Source: Microbotryum violaceum
Taxonomy: Eukaryota
NCBI GenBank assembly: GCA_001244265.2
Contig: CDLV01000007.1
Span: forward strand, 1,426,001-1,490,000
Direction of reading: 5' to 3'
Length of the DNA: 64,000 nt
In this document: positions 50,556-63,011 of the stretch, piece by piece
How the letters are laid out: each line of letters begins with the position of its first letter
Position numbering within the stretch: the stretch's first letter is position 1
Made by a program: the position numbers and the translations under genes
The notes under the pieces: model-generated
Told to the model about the DNA's origin: nothing
The model's database searches: none
The model's input: only the letters and a program-made list of their open reading frames with translations

Positions 50556-50594
50556 TGTGGGTGTGGGTGTGGGTGTGGGTGTGGGTGTGGGTGT
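50556..50594. repeat. (TGTGGG)6.5 microsatellite
   Basis: Perfect hexamer tandem ending 2 nt before the ATG of the CTLH gene. Confidence 0.95.
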
Positions 50595-51152
50595 ATCGTT
50601 CTTGAGGGGCCCACGAAGGGGAAGTAGCTCCGAGTGGAGCGGGACCGATCGAAGGACGTCGACGGTGCTGCAGTCACAGGCCGCGTGTGGGGGTCGACGA
50701 TCGATCGACGTGCTCGGCTCTGCGGACGCCTTATCGTCGCTAACGCAATGTCGTAAGGCGCACTCCAGCTTCCTCGAATCGAGCACCAAAGACCGGGTAT
50801 CAGGGTGAGGGTGTCGACGCTCGAGCTCAATACGCTTGGCAACGAGGTGAACGTACGCAGTGTTGGCAACGGAGACCAAGCCGGACGGGCAATACGCGCG
50901 TCCTCGGCGTTTCCCAACCGCGTGCCTCGGGTCGGCGGAGCACGTCGGGCATGATGCATGATGGGCGGCACAATTCCCGCCGATTGGCCGTGAAAACCTC
51001 GGTCGAGCAGCATGTCAATTCCCAACCTTGAAATAAGACGACAGAACAAACGACGATGTTATAATGCAAAATGCAAACGAAGTGCGACTCGGCCTCCCAC
51101 ATGAACACCCAAAACCTCGTCCCTTTCGATCTGCCCCCCCCCCCTCCGGAAT

Positions 51153-52646
51153 TCATCCCCCTCCCTCCGCCTTCCTAACCTGTTCAAACCCCAACACCCT
51201 GTCCCAAACAACCGTCCCATCCCTCCCCATCCAATCCCACCTCTTCTCCCTGCTTTGCACCTGCGGAACCGTCAGATTAGGCTCCAAAGCCACCCCTTTC
51301 CTTACTAATTCGACCAGGATCCGAGAGAGGTTTCGTGCGTCGTCGAGGCCCGAGTGGAGGCGGCCTATGAAAGGGGGTAAAGACAAGGCTAAGAGTACAC
51401 AGGGTATGGAGAGGGATTCAGGAGCTATTGTCGGTAAGGGATCCGCCAATTTGGGGTTCATTTTGGTGGTGAAGTCGATCGAAGGCGTGAGAAGTCCGGC
51501 AAAGTAGTGCGTGACGAGTTTGCGTAGATCGATGACGTGGCCTCCGAGCCACGAGGGTCGTTGCACGTTGGAGAGAAAAACCTGCTTGGCCACGAAATCC
51601 CGTAGATCTGTCCACATGGAGAGACGAAGATCCTCAGTCACGTGCAAGTTTGTGAATCAGGCGTTGCTGTTGGCTTACCCCACGGTCCGTCGGTGACCCA
51701 AATGGTCTTGACTTCTTTAGTGAAAAGGTTGTGTTTGATGATGAAGCGCTTCTCGAACCTTTTGAGCACTTGCGGGTAGTAGGGTGCCGAATCGACCTGG
51801 GCCTGATCGGTGGAGCCGAAGAGGGAGCGAGGGATGATTTTTCGGCCAAGTCAGGTCTGGCATCTCGTATAGCCAGTCATAGTGCAGTGCTCACCTGAGT
51901 AATGCCCGTCAAACTTTGACAAAAGTCGGAGAGTTTTGGTCGATGTTTCGGTCGGACGAAGGAATGAAATTCGTCGACAACGCGCAGCTCCCACCGCTCG
52001 GGATTCGCTTCGTCCTCTTCCTCAGTGCCATCTTTCTCCGACGAACGAATGTTATCGGAACCGGCTTTTCCATCTTCTTGATTTCCTTCATCGGCTTCGC
52101 AAGACGACTGCGAACTTGACTTGATACGATCGACCTTGCACCACTTGAGCAGAATCACGGGGAACTCGATAATCTCATTCGGCCAACTGCGAAAGGAGAA
52201 TCGACGAAGGCACCGCTCAGCTCAACGACCTGCTTCACAGCATCGGCTCACCAAGCTGAATCCTCCACTCCGGACCTACCCAAAAGCCTGCTTGGCTACA
52301 TTAGAGTACTCGCACGTCGCTTCGACGTCGAAACAGAGGTACGCATCGAACGCCTGGCCACGTGGTCGATTCGGCCTCGGTATCGGAATGCGACTTGAGA
52401 CAGGAGGAGGATTCGGTGTCTCAGCTTCACGTTGTGCTTTTCTATGCCGTGCCAGTCGACGGGATAGGACGTCTTTGTGGCCCCGGGTGTCGAGGGAGAG
52501 GAGCGCCAGCGCTGAAAGTGGGGTGCGAAGGGGGAGCAGATCGACTCGTCGAGAGCGTCAGCCGGAGGAAGGGACAGAGGACTAGAATTCTCAATAACCT
52601 GATGGCTAGACTGACCCTCTCTAAGACTGTCGACCGTGGGTGCCAT
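51153..52646 (-). CDS. ERI1/ERI2-family DEDDh 3'-5' exoribonuclease, multi-exon
   Basis: YLCFDVEATCE, NEIIEFP, FHSFVRP...LSDFCQSLTGITQ, VTDGPW|DL, GRLHSGLDDARN. Start codon approximate. Confidence 0.9.
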
Positions 52647-53214
52647 CCATGCGCCGGCTTGACGAGGCTAAAGCGTCAGAGGGTAAGCTAAGCACCGAGA
52701 TGGGCTCGGAGAACGGAGCAGCGTTCTGCAGCGTTTCGACAGGTTTCAACTCGACCCCAAGAAACGCCCGAGTTCAGGAAAATTTCAAATCTCGGCCGGC
52801 AACTTGACTTGCGAAAGAGCAAGTGGCTATCTCCCAATCTCACCTTGAAGAATCATGGTCTTAGCGGGAGTCATTGGACTCAATTGGTAGTAAGAACATG
52901 ATCCTAGCTGGAGCTCCGAGAGACTTCTCGAACGGCGTCCGAGTCGAGGACTTGATCGCTCCAGCCCTGTCTCGGAGACCGAATTCCATCCGCTGCAGGT
53001 GACGCTACTACATTCAATTGGTCCCATTTGCATTCGCGCCGTCAGCAACGATGTACTACGATAGCGACAGCGACAGCGAGATAAAAGCTTCTTGGATCAA
53101 CGCCGAATCCCATATAACTCCGGGCTTCGGCGACCGTGCAGAGGTGTAACGAGGCTAACACGCTTTCAGCTTGAGCCCCGATTTGGCCGACTTGAAAAAG
53201 GAAACTCCTATTGG

Positions 53215-54500
53215 ATGGACAACAACAACAACACCAACAACGCCAGCCATGCTGCTATACCACCTCTTCGCCCTGACCCTCCCGATCCTCCCGGCCAAGC
53301 CCCCGCCACCACCACCAAGTCATACTCCGCCGCGGTCGGCGCCCACTCCGCTGCGAAGCACGGAAACGCCACCGCCAACGCCTTGACTGCCGTCGCCGCC
53401 CATCCACTGATGCACAACATCGAGAATTGTGTCATCATCAACACCCCACCCTCAACCTCGGTCGAGCAAGTCCTCCTCGCGCTTGACAAATACTACCCTG
53501 GCCTTACCGGCGCAATGCCATGCGTCATCAAGGGTCAGCGCGGCCTCCGCTTTCCCAAGGCCGCCGATCTCGACACCCTGGTGGCCAACGGCCTCACTGT
53601 GGGCAAGACTCTGTGCAAAGTCGAGAAGCTGTACAGCTCTACTAGAGGAGGTGTTGTACAATGCACCCTTACGGGCTTTTTCTCCGACTCCGAGGGCCTC
53701 TGCCTATTCGATGAGCAGATCGCTGCCTATGGCACGGTCCTCCGTCGTCGCATCCAATACATTGGAAAGACGAAACACATCTCTGGGGTGTACGACTTTA
53801 TCCTTGCCCTTAAGGATGTAGATGTTCTGCCCCCTGCCTCACTTTCTATTGCTCGTGACGGTGTCACTGAGCGAATCCCACTGAGGATCACCGGTGGCAT
53901 GCGCCACTGCGTCTTCTGCCGTTCCGCGGCTCACGTCCGTAAGGTTTGCCCCGTCGCCCCGGCGTGCAAGTCCTGCGCGAGCACCTCGCACGCCACCCAG
54001 CACTGCCCGGCCCGTCATGTGTCCAGACTGAAGATCTGTCCAACAGAGCTCAGCCCGATTCTCTGTCGAAGAATGCCCGCCCCGAGTTCTCCTTCAATTT
54101 TCCTTGCAAAACTGCCACTCCTCCTGCCCCCCAGCCTGCCTCCAATCAGGGAATTGCCTACTCCCTCGTTGAAAAATCCTCCGAGTCCCCCAGCTCAGAG
54201 ACCACCTCTCCATCCCCAAGCCCTCCTCCGGCCACGCCAAAGTCGATCATAACTCGATCCAAGTCGATTGCCGCCCTCTCCAAGCCAGCCATTCGTGAAG
54301 CCCCTCCCACTGCGCCTGCCCTCGAAGCCTCCGAGCCGAGCCCCGAGCCGTCTTCGCCCACGCCGTTGCCCTCAGCCGCGCCCAAAGCCCGACCCGATGA
54401 CGCCGACACCGACGACGAGGCCGACGAAGAAGCCGAAGACCAAGAAGCACCTCCTAAGGACGTGGAAGACGCTATGGACCAAGATGATGAGCACAACTAA
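53215..54500 (+). pseudogene. LINE family 1 ORF1 (two CCHC knuckles), one frameshift
   Basis: CVFCRSAAHVRKVC and CKSCASTSHATQHC. After a frameshift near 54015 it continues as a P/S/acidic tail whose stop overlaps the ORF2 ATG. Confidence 0.85.
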
Positions 54501-57500
54501 AATCCCAAACGTGTCTTTTGTTGCTGCCAACGTGCAGTCAATCAATGAAGACCGTAAGCGTGCCTCTCTTTTCTCCAATCTCCGCTCCCATAACGCCGAC
54601 GTCTTTCTCCTGAGCGAAACTGGCCGACCTTCCCCCGAAAGGGTGGCCCAGTGGACTCAGGAGTGCCAAGACTTAAAGCTCTCCGCTCTTTTCACTCCTT
54701 TCAACAACACTGCCATACTTTGGAAGAGCGACTCCGTGGTCATTACTTTTGATCCCGAGTCGCCTCCAAACACTCTTCGTGCCTCTTTCTCTTTCCCGGA
54801 CCGAGTCACCGACGCCACCTTTTGTGTGGGTGATTCAAAAGTCCGGGTTGTATCAATATACGCGCCTTCCTCCGACAAGCCAGACAAAGAACGCTTCCTC
54901 TCACACCTCAGCACCGCCCTCCGACAAGTTGTACGTGACGAACCCTTGCCGCCTGCGCTCCTAGTCGGGGGGGACTGGAATTGTGTTGAGTCCCAGCCCC
55001 TCGATTCGGAGAACCAAAACGGAACGAATTATGGGTCAGGAGATGCGCGACCTTGCCACGGCCAACAATCTTTTCGACGCCTATCGGCTCCATCATCCCA
55101 AAGGACGAGCCACGACGAATCGCTCAGCGCCCGGCACGTGCCGTCGCCTTGACCGCATCTATGTCTCGCCTGATTGGGTCGACCTCTTCCATGATCACAA
55201 AATTTGGGCTCCTGTCCTCAAATCGACGCACTCAATGGTTGTGGCACGGTTCCAAGTGCCGGGCGCAATCGACATCGGTCCGGGCAAATTCAAGCTGGGT
55301 TTGCACGTGATCGAGGGCGACGCGACCTGCGAGTACCTCACCTCCATTGTCCGCACCCTTTACAACAAAGCCCTCCTCCAGACGCCCAACGATCCACCAG
55401 CAGCTTGGACGTCCACCAAACACCGCCTGCTGCCCGAGCTGCAGGCTCTGGCCCGGACTTTCGCTCGGTTCCGTCGTGGCGGGTCGGAGCAAGAGAGGGC
55501 TGACCACTCGCGCTACGGCGCGGCCCTGCGGTCCCGCCTCGACCCATCTCTGGCGGGTGCCTCTTCCATCTTCATCCGCCTGCGCAAAGTGCGAGCATCC
55601 GACCTGATCCCTTCGCTCACGGTCAACGATGTTGTTCATTCTGACCCTGATTTGATGCTTGGAGCGGCCAGCGACTACTTCGAGCGGGTCTATGAGGACC
55701 GCCCCATCGATGACGCGGTCCTGAAGGCGGTCATCGACGGCCTCGCTTCAACTCGCCTCTCCCCCGCGGACTCACTCAAGCTCGAGGAAGCGTATCCGTT
55801 GGAGGAGATGACAAAGGCTCAAGCGGCGTGTAAGTCGAACTCTTCGCCAGGGCCTGACGGCCTCCCGGTTGAGTTTTATCGCGCTACGTGGCCGGCCACT
55901 GGCCCGATTCTTCGAGACGTCATCAACTCGATCCCCACCGAGGCCCGTCAGCCTGGACCTCTTCCCCGCAACACCGCCCACATCCATCTCATCCACAAAC
56001 GCGGCGAGAGGGATCAGCTTTCGAACAAACGCCCCATATCGCTCATCAATGCGGACGAGCGCATCATCTCGCAAGCCCACAACCAGCGCCTCGCTCCCTT
56101 GCTCGAGTCCCTGATCGGCCCAACCCAACGTGGCTTTGTTCCGAACCGTTGGATCGACACGAACATCGCTGAGGTCCAATGTCTCATGGACCCTGGACTT
56201 CCGGGCTCAACACCCGTGTCTGGCATGCTAGCGGTGATGGACTTTGAAAAGGCTTACGATCGTCTTTCCCACCCGTACCTTGATGCAGTCCTCTGCGCCG
56301 TTGGCCTCGGCCCCAAAGCCCGCCAATGGTACCGAGCGACCTACACCAACCAATCTGCCTCGATCTTCCTCAACGGTTGGCTCTCTGCCACTTTCGACAT
56401 CCTGTCGGGCGTTCGGCAAGGTGATCCTTTGGCTCCGTCTCTCTTCGTCCTGGCGATCGAAGGTTTTGCCTGTCAGATTCGATTGAGAGTCAAGGGCATC
56501 GATATTGCGGGCCTCCAAAACGTTCGCGAACTCCTTTTTGCCGACGACGCTTGCTGCGCACTCCACAACCTCTCGGACCTCGACCACCTCAATCGGGCGA
56601 TCGAGCTTTACGAACGGGCAAGTGCCAGCAAGCTCAGCAACGCCAAATCTTTCCTCTACCCCATTGGAGCTTTTCGGGATCGACCGATCGCCCCAGATCT
56701 CGGGACCTGGCGTCTCAGCGATTCGCAGTTTCGCTACCTTGGTATTCAGGTCGGGGTGGAGATCGCCGAGGATGCGGGCTGGGAAGACGTCAAGGCCTCG
56801 ACCGTCGCTCGGATACGCTCCGTTCCGATGTACGATCTCCCATATGCAGCCAAGTGTTCGATCATCAACATCTACTGCTACACAAAGATCTTGTACTACA
56901 GCCGATCCCTTCCCGCCCCCAAGAGCGTTGTCAAGGAGATCGAGGAGGCCGCCATGCTCGCCATTCACGGTCGAGCTTCGGATGGTACTCAGCGACGTCC
57001 GAAGGTCTCCCGGTCGCGCCTCTGCACCCCTCTCGATCACGGCGGCTTCGGTTTGATTGATCTGCCTCGGCATCTAGCAATCGATCACGCGAAGTGGGTC
57101 TTCCAGCTCCGGGCCCCGGACGGCTACTTCACACGCCACCTCTTCGACATCCGCATCCGCCTCCGGGCACCAAACGAACCAACCCCTTTCACCTTGTCCA
57201 GACCGGCCCCCAACCAGCATCGTTGCCCTTGGATTTGGATCTGGTGGGCTTACTTTTGCCATCCTCCCCCAAAGTGGGACCATGCGGTGAGAAAAACGAC
57301 AAAACTTCTTCCTGCTCGTTGGGTCCGATACTTCGAAGCCTGGGCGTCGGTGATCACGCCCAACCCCTCGGAACTCTCCAAGAGCCAGAACCTCGAGCAA
57401 TGGGCGACGCATGTACTCTACTTCCCAGCGGGCCACGGAATACAACTTTCGGTAAACCCGACGCTTTTTCGAGGGCCCGATGGCGAGGTGATGACCCCGT

Positions 57501-58057
57501 CTTCGTTTGTGAACCCGTCCAAACGCCACCAAGTCTTCATCTTCCCCCCTATCTTCCCCAAGGGACACCAGAAGGTATTCGGTCTGCCTGAGCAACGTTG
57601 GAACGCTTGGTGGAAGGCTTTGCGCAAGGTTCGCCGGGTTCACTCGGACGCCGAGGATACCGGCCACCTTCTCTCCCTGGCGTCCCTCCATCCGGGCAGC
57701 CGAGTCGCCTCCCCAACCAGCCCGCACCCCAACAATCGATCTGCCTCCTGTATGATGTGCCTCTCGGAAGCACCCGAGTGCCTGGCCCACCTCGCGGTCG
57801 GCTGCCCCTTTGGCCCGGCGTCTCTGGTCTGCTCTGTCCCCGACCCCCACCCAGTCTTTGTAGACTTTGTATGCCCGGTCGTGTCTCGCTCGGAACGTCG
57901 ACTTGTCGAACTACGAGTCCTCTTCTTTCACTCGATCTGGAAGCTCTGTCGCCGTCGTCGATTCTCGTCGGATCTTTTGGAACCGATCACCGAAACGGAG
58001 TTCGAGGGGCTTCGAGCCTCTATCCAGGAGTCCAAGGGTCGCCTAGTGTCTCTGTAA
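54484..58057 (+). pseudogene. LINE family 1 ORF2 (APE-RT-zinc finger), one frameshift near 55035
   Basis: AANVQS, LSET, SIYAP, GGDWN, RLDRIY (APE); SPGPDG, RPISL, QRGF, DFEKAYDR, GVRQGDPL, LFADD, RYLG (RT); CMMC...HLAVGC. Confidence 0.95.
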
Positions 58058-59547
58058 GACAGCAAAGGGGGTTTTAGTGGGTATGGTTGATCCTGGTTCA
58101 GGGTCAACGAGTCCTACACTACTGGTTTCTGCCAGTGTGCGTAACAGCATTCCCTCCGACTTTTCCGAAGATTTCTAGGTATTAATATAATTATGCTGTT
58201 AATGAAGTCTATCAAATAAATAAATGAGCCGGTCTCCTCGCAAGAGGCTTCCCTGCGGATCCTGAAGGTGCTATCGAATGAGGCTTACCTGCGTGATCCA
58301 AGTGAGCTTAATTGCGGGATCCCAGGGGTTCATCGAATGGAACGGTCGCAAGGAACAACTTTTCACCTTTGGGCAGGAACCGCCGTCGTCCGCCACCGCA
58401 CGGCTGCGGCACTCGTGCCAGCCCAGTGACCAGACCGGAGGTTCGGCGTCGATTCCGTCAGAGACTACTACTACTACGGTGGGAATTAGGGAGCTGCGCA
58501 AGGTAGACTTTTGTGAGATCAAGCGGTAGCTCACAGTAGAAAATGTGGCCATGAAACTAATCTCCCAGCTTTCCGCACTTTTCCAAGGAGGCGGACAAAC
58601 TGAACTCGAGCTCGACTCCTGCGTCGAGAACTGAGCACCTGCAGAAGAAGAGCTTGGGAATGGCTAAGAGCCAACGCCGAACGCCGCATCGCAGCTCGAG
58701 AGCCTGAGATGGGACGCGTGGCCGCAACGTCGTTCGACTTGTCGATGTAGGTCGTTGTTCCCAGCCTTGCAAGATATAGAGTGAGGTGATACGGCTGTGC
58801 TTGAGGTTTCTGCTCCTTCAGATTCCGTCGGATCTGGGTAATCAGGGATCTTTCACTCAGGAGCTGACCATTTCTTTTCAGTGCCGATCCGGGCACCAGG
58901 ATTGGGCATGGGTAACTAATGCTATGATGTTGCAAATTACTGGGAGAGAGAGAGAAACAAAACGAGCGATGGGTGGCGGATAACGTGACCGGACCGAGGA
59001 AGAGAAGACAAGGGGGAACAGAACAGAAGTGCGGTGACGGCAAAGCGAAAGAACAAGGAGGATCGAGCCAAAGGAAGAGACCGATCACAGTTGTTATAAA
59101 CACCGAAACCCTGACTACTGCTTGCAAAAGGAGGGGAATATGTCCAAGAGAAAGAAGAAGATCGCCATCCCGGGGACCGCTTGGCGAAAGGAAGACGAAG
59201 AAAGGGGTCGGGAGAGTGGGGTAGGCGAAGATGACTGTGTATAGGTACGTCCTGAAAGGTATGCACACACACACACACACACGAGAGCTTGGTTGCGACA
59301 CTATGAAAAATTCGGAATGCAAAAATGGCGAGAAGAGCAATTGCTTGCGTCGCCAGGCCATGGACCGATCGATCCCCGCGACTCTCGACTCGACTCGTTC
59401 CGCGATACACCATCCGCGACGGACGTCGACCTCTGCTGATCGACCGGTAAGATATGGAGTCCTTTCCACAACGACGCGTGCTTCACCACCATCCCACCAT
59501 CCCACCCTTCACCTCCACTCCTCCGTCACGGTCCTCGGCCTTGGCGT

Positions 59548-60891
59548 TCAGAAGCCGCCGAGCGAATCGTACGAGCTGAAGACCTCGGCGCGACTGTACT
59601 TGCCTAAGGCGCACAGACCGTATCGTTCGCGGCACTTCTTCGCCTTTTCCTTCTTCTCCCGTTGTATCCGTGCGGCGACAGCAACGGCATCTTCGTCGCC
59701 TTCCTCTTCGGTTGACGCTTCGATGGGTGACGATTCGTCGGTGGACGAGTCAGCGGCGGATGGCTCGGACTCGGCGTCGGCAGCAGGGGTGGGGCCGAAA
59801 GTCGCAATGGATGGAAGAGCAGGACTGGCGGTTGGGGTGGTATCAACGACCGGCGTTGTGAGGGTAATGGCGGCGCAGACGGCAGCGTTCAGTGTCGCGT
59901 GCTTAAGCAGATCTGTGTCGGAAATGGGGCTGATAGTGTAGGTCGGGGAGGAGGAAGGTTGTGATGAGACTAGCCTGAGTAAAGGTTGGGTGTGTTCTGG
60001 TGTGATAGACAATATCCCATCACTCTCGTCGTCGCCACTAGAATCGTCCTGGATCATGCCGGGCGTATCGTGAATTTCGCCGGTCTCCTCGTCGTCGACG
60101 ACCATCATGTCCTCGTCCTCATCCGATGAGTGCTCCTCGCGCTCCCCGCCGACAAAGTAACCACCCTCGAGGAGACCGTGCTTCCCCTCGACGGGGTTGT
60201 CCATTGAGGGTGACAGTGCAGGCAAGCTCTGACCCGTGGCCATGCGCTTGGCGGCGGCGGCGCGTTCTCGCTCTACGCACTTGATCCAGCCATCCTCTTC
60301 GCGGTTCTGTCGCTTGGGCAGCTCGAGAGACTCGGACTCGCACGTCGGAATGATGGGGCTACGGTCGTACTCCTCGACACTAAGGGCCGCAAACACGCTC
60401 GCGTTCGTACACCGCGCGAAACGGACGGACTTGGTCGTCGACGATGCACCGGTCGAGCTACGGCGTGACAGCGGTCGTGATGTGGGCTCCGAGAGTCCAC
60501 CGGCCGAGGAGGGTCCGGGACCGCCGGCGGTATCGGGGTGTAAGGGAGTTTGGGTGAGGATGGATCGAAGGGCGGGTGAGCCCGAGGTCTGAGCGGGTGA
60601 GGACGCGGCGAGGAGGTTCGACGCGGTAAGGAGCTGCATACTCGGCATGGGCACGCCGCCTAGCGTGTGGTGGATCGCGGACAAGGGGACGAAGTACTCG
60701 GCGGGGGAAGACGACGCAACCGAAGTATCGGGCGAGTCGGCGCGAGCACGTTTTGTGGGTGACCCTTCGAGGGAAGATGCCGAGTGCGATTCCGAGCTAG
60801 CGCTGGATTCGAGGGGAGAGTTGGGGCCGGGCGCAGCAACGACAGGTGCGTTCAGCGAGGCGAGGTAGGACGCCAACGAGCACAGCGACAT
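59548..60891 (-). CDS. Intronless, largely disordered 447-aa protein with a candidate PP1-docking motif
   Basis: Single ATG-initiated ORF; KSVRFARCTNASVFAALSVEEYDRSPI; structured-looking C-terminus CALGKY...DSLGGF. Confidence 0.75.
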   Translation of the reverse strand: MSLCSLASYLASLNAPVVAAPGPNSPLESSASSESHSASSLEGSPTKRARADSPDTSVASSSPAEYFVPLSAIHHTLGGVPMPSMQLLTASNLLAASSPAQTSGSPALRSILTQTPLHPDTAGGPGPSSAGGLSEPTSRPLSRRSSTGASSTTKSVRFARCTNASVFAALSVEEYDRSPIIPTCESESLELPKRQNREEDGWIKCVERERAAAAKRMATGQSLPALSPSMDNPVEGKHGLLEGGYFVGGEREEHSSDEDEDMMVVDDEETGEIHDTPGMIQDDSSGDDESDGILSITPEHTQPLLRLVSSQPSSSPTYTISPISDTDLLKHATLNAAVCAAITLTTPVVDTTPTASPALPSIATFGPTPAADAESEPSAADSSTDESSPIEASTEEEGDEDAVAVAARIQREKKEKAKKCRERYGLCALGKYSRAEVFSSYDSLGGF

Positions 60892-63011
60892 AGTGGAACG
60901 TCGATGTAAAAGGCGGGGAAAGTAAAAGGTGGGGTGCGGGGTGCGGGTAGGCAGAGTCGTTGAATGACGGAGGGGTGCACGAACGCCGGTGTGGAGAAAC
61001 GGACTCCTGAAAAACGGGCTCGACGGAGATAAAGGTGGGTTATTCGTTTAGAACGAGTTCGTCGGTAAGGACGATGCGTTATTAAACGAGGGCGGGCATG
61101 ATGAAAAGTAAGAGGTTGGTGCAAGTGGTGGGCGTGGCTGTTGCCGCTGTTCCAACGCAAAGAAGTGCTTGCGAAATGCGGCCCTCTGCTCCCTCACGGG
61201 TAGAGACGACGCTCGAACCCTGAAGGCTTGCGTGCAGTCGCTTCGAATGCTCGACACGACCTGCGCAGCACGAAGGGGTGTGAATCAAGGCCATGTCAGT
61301 GTCTTGTACTTGACCGGTGATGCATCTGATGGGGCAGGTATGGCTGTGGGTTGGGCGAGGCTAGGCCGAGGGGCTGCGGTCGCCAGGACCCGCGCCGACC
61401 CTTCGAGAGCGGCCGGCGGGCGGCGCAGGGCGCTCGAAGAGGCGAAATTCAACTCGAGGCGATTTAGCGTCGCCGCGCTGGGTCGTCGGCTCGGCCGCAC
61501 CAAAACACGCCGAGGCCCTCTGCGGGAACGGGTGCAGCAGAACATGATGGACAGAGACTGACTTGTTTGACGCGCGTAGAATGAAACGAGTGTTTGATTC
61601 ACGAGTTGACCAGACGTCCACGTGCAAGCAATGGCACCTCGTCGACGACACGAGTTTCGAATCGAGGGTGGCAACGGTCGCTGGCGTTGGGCGCTGGCTG
61701 ACAATAGCCACGGGCAACGGCTGGCTGCGCGCGACGTCGACACAAGGCCAAACGAACGAACCCAGTTGTCGAACGTCGAAGGGGATGGCGTTAAAGAGCA
61801 CGAAAGCTACGACGAGCAGACGGCTGACTCGAAAAGCCCGAGCTTGTGGGTTGTGGGCGTTCGCGACTCTAGCACCAGGTGGATCGATTCTTTCGTGTTG
61901 AGGGAGCAGCAGAAGGGCACGCGTGAGCCAGCCAGAGCGGGCCTCTTCGTCCTTCGGGGGGCGCCAGGCGCGGCCTGGCGCGGAGAAGCGCAGGCCTGAG
62001 ATGACCTAGGCGAGGTCTGACAGGGCGCGGGTTTGGCTCGGCTCATCGCATGCGATCGCTTCGGGCGCTGTCGTTTCGCTTACGGTGCACCGCTGGTGCT
62101 GCTGCTGCTGTGAGGCGCCTCCGGTGGGAAACCATTCTCCAGTTCGCTCAGCGCCTTCGGGCCTACTACTGGCCCGGCCCATCAAAACCAATGTCACTCA
62201 ATTAGGACTTTTTTTTTGAACCCGTCACGGTGGGCATGACTGCACAAGCCGAGCGGGGGAAAATGACTCGTGGTGATAAGCGACTCCTAGACTACATGAG
62301 GTATGACCTCATACGGGAAGCGAAACCCCTCCTTCTCTCCTGTTCTCGGCGAAAAAGGTTCAACCGAAGCGGCGAAGCGAGCAAGCCCAACGTCATCTTC
62401 CCGCCTTCGCCGACAGCCAGCTGCAGTGCCACAAAAACGCCCCGGCTGAAACCGACCGCTCGGGCATTTGAACCGTTGCATCTGACCTGATGAGTTTTTA
62501 AGATTTAAGCACCCCTATCGTCGCACCATTAGGTACAGCTTCTGTCCTCTCCCGGAACTTGAAAGTGCTCGAACCCTTGCCACCGCCACTGCGTGTTTGC
62601 TCCTTACCCGTCGCACACCCCGCCACCGGGAGGGGCTAGTGCAAACTCACGTGACCTATGGCGGATGACTCGGTGAGGCTGCACCCCGTTCGGTCTCAGA
62701 GCACAACGTCAAAGCTTCAAAGTCTTCCGCACACGATGATCCACGGCCAGCAAGGTAACACGAAAGAACCGATCGAAGATTCCGACTTAGATCTGGCAGT
62801 TTTCGTGTCGTACGTGAGCGAGGGTTCGAGTTGCTCGCTCTGTCTCAGCGCCGCCCTGGCGACTTGAACCAGTTTTGACCTCGATTTTGATCCCAATTTG
62901 CTTTCCGCGCGGGCCGCGAACAGGTGAGACTCGACTGCCCTGGCAACCGTGGAGAGACGTTCGACCTCACGTTCGAACTTCGAGTTCACGCACCGCACCA
63001 CAACACAAAAC

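Larger units (their letters stand above)
53178..58224 (+). mobile_element. Non-LTR retrotransposon family 1 (L1/Tx1-like), essentially full length
   Basis: ORF1 and ORF2, short 3' UTR ending in (AAAT)n. Candidate 6-bp TSD TGAGCC (53172-53177, 58225-58230). Second copy at 6361-8410. Confidence 0.95.

Noticed and set aside
50556..50594. Telomere-like TG-rich repeat
   Set aside because: Internal, short, directly at a gene start, and not the usual basidiomycete TTAGGG repeat.
10661..52646. Apparent cluster of RNA-processing genes (KHDC4-like, TRZ1, TAD1, eIF3i, ERI1-like)
   Set aside because: They are interspersed with unrelated housekeeping genes and share no visible regulatory motif; most likely chance synteny.
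58531..59941. Long ORFs 58531-59505 (-) and 59231-59941 (+), and similar antisense ORFs across the window
   Set aside because: Low-complexity 3' UTR or antisense shadows of real genes and TEs in GC-rich DNA; no domain signal.
62485..62520. CTGATGAG as a hammerhead ribozyme core
   Set aside because: No stem II followed by GAAA and no flanking helices.
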